A stretch of DNA of 63,995 nucleotides, the filler included, from Hyphochytrium catenoides (lineage: Eukaryota > Protista > Hyphochytriomycota): NCBI GenBank assembly GCA_900088475.1. It is 6 parts of 6 records of this genome, joined end to end, with 100 filler letters (N's around TTAATTAATTAA, not from the genome) between each part and the next. Parts side by side here need not be neighbours in the genome. Positions count along the whole stretch, not along the records: positions 62,748 to 63,995 come from FLMG01004537.1; 5 more parts are not named here. The stretch is one strand, 5' to 3'. The position numbers and the translations under genes are program-made. Positions 62,648 through 63,995 of this stretch are shown here, piece after piece. Positions within the stretch are counted from its first letter, which is position 1, and each line of letters opens with the position of its first letter. Below the pieces are notes generated by a model that worked only from the letters and a program-made list of their open reading frames with translations, ran no database searches and was not told where the DNA came from.

Positions 62648-62747
62648 NNNNNNNNNNNNNNNNNNNNNNNNNNNNNNNNNNNNNNNNNNNNTTAATTAAT
62701 TAANNNNNNNNNNNNNNNNNNNNNNNNNNNNNNNNNNNNNNNNNNNN
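62648..62747. other. Artificial contig linker
   Basis: N44-TTAATTAATTAA-N44. Confidence 0.97.
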
Positions 62748-62754
62748 TCATCAA

Positions 62755-62915
62755 TGAAGGAAAGAACAATGTTCCAGCAGGCGACGACAACGGGGATCCC
62801 TTCCAATACTTCTTCCTCCTCCTGGCCGCGAAGGCCAACAAGTCATCAATGGAGGGAAGAACAATGTTCCAGCAGGCGACGACGACGAGGATCCCTTCCA
62901 ATACTTGTTCCTTCT
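62755..62915. repeat. Tandem duplication, period about 97 nt
   Basis: AAGAACAATGTTCCAGCAGGCGACGAC..GGATCCCTTCCAATACTT.TTCCT occurs twice. Confidence 0.88.
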
Positions 62916-63403
62916 GCTAGCGGTTCCTCTTCCCTCCGACGTCCCATGATGCACTTGTCAGGGCAGCAGCAAGGCTTGACTGACGACCATCACTCTTCTC
63001 TATGATGAGCTCTCATCCCCAGGCCCACAAGCAGCCAAGGCACAGAGCCTGAAGGTTGATGGTGCTTGCACATTGCGCAGGGATGGCACGCCTAGTCCAT
63101 AGATAATATTAGGCGTCTTTGTCCGCGCTAATGAAACAAGTGTTTGTCGCTGTTGAGAGCGCCAAGGAAGTGACGACGACCGCGTACTCTGCTGTACAGA
63201 GGAAGGAGAGTGTACACAGACCACAACAGCGTAGACGGGATCGGCGATATGACGAAGTTTAGGAAGGTTATTCCTGATATGGATGTGTTGGTGTATATTG
63301 GTTGCTCCGTTCTGAAGTTCCGTTTCATCTTTTGGGATTCTCATCCTTTGGCTATCAATGGAAGGACCTTCTTCCCCAGAGAGAGAGAGAGAGACAGACA
63401 GAC

Positions 63404-63434
<31 letters not shown>

Positions 63435-63995
63435 GAGAGAGAGAGAAAGCAGAGAGAGAAAGCAGAGAGAGAAAGAAGGGGGGAGAGAGACAGAGAGAGA
63501 GACAGCAGAGAGAAATAGACAGAGAAAAAGACAGGAAGGAGAGAGAGAAAGGAGGGAGGAAGCGAGCAGAAGCTGTAAGCTAGGAGGCCAGGAAATGCTT
63601 GGAGACTGGAGTTGAACAAGAAAGAAGATCAAAACAGGAAGGAGCCGAAGTGAGATAGCTGGGGGAGAATGCGTGGCTGCTGCTTTGTCAAGCAAACGAA
63701 TGGGAGGGACAGGAGCGCCGAAGAGAGAGAGACCAGAGAAGCGATACCCTCTCGTGATATTGCACTGACGAAGGAGCGAGACGGGAAGAACGAGAGAGAG
63801 AAATAGAGGAAAGGAAAGATAAAGATAGAGGAGAGAAGTAGAGCGAAGTGAACTCTTCTACCCGTAGACAGAGCCATAAAGACGAGGCCACTACGGTGAG
63901 AGAGAGAGGAGAGAAAAGGAGACAGAAGGAGAGCCTTCTGCCCAGTCAGCCATCTCTTCCTCATCAGAATGCACCATTCTCGCTAACGATCACGA

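Noticed and set aside
63000-63380. Exon of a gene in the last contig
   Set aside because: The frame is open, but there is no recognisable motif or convincing splice model.

Overview
Eukaryotic, intron-containing DNA. The gene set and the style of the HSF domain suggest a protist, possibly a stramenopile, but that is inference. The sequence is saturated with (CT)n/(GA)n microsatellites. The window is a pseudomolecule of six contigs joined by artificial 100-nt N44-TTAATTAATTAA-N44 linkers, so adjacency across the linkers is unproven. Recognisable genes: a BCP/PrxQ peroxiredoxin; a multi-exon RGS-RGS-DENN protein; a 5'-truncated ferroportin hidden among microsatellite-filled introns; an AIFM2/FSP1-like oxidoreductase with an MGxxxS N-terminus; a PH + Costars/ABRA protein; a 5'-truncated cystatin-like ORF; and an HSF-type transcription factor. 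The contig at 11650-35021 carries an accessory island. It holds a pile of decayed CRE-like (RLE-type) non-LTR retrotransposon 3' ends, followed by a family of four predicted secreted-protein genes or pseudogenes that share a signal-peptide leader (three also share about 600 nt of upstream DNA) but mostly carry different cargo. Duplicated neutral DNA in the window appears to diverge mainly by 3-4 nt tandem micro-duplications rather than substitutions. All alignments and exon models were made by eye.
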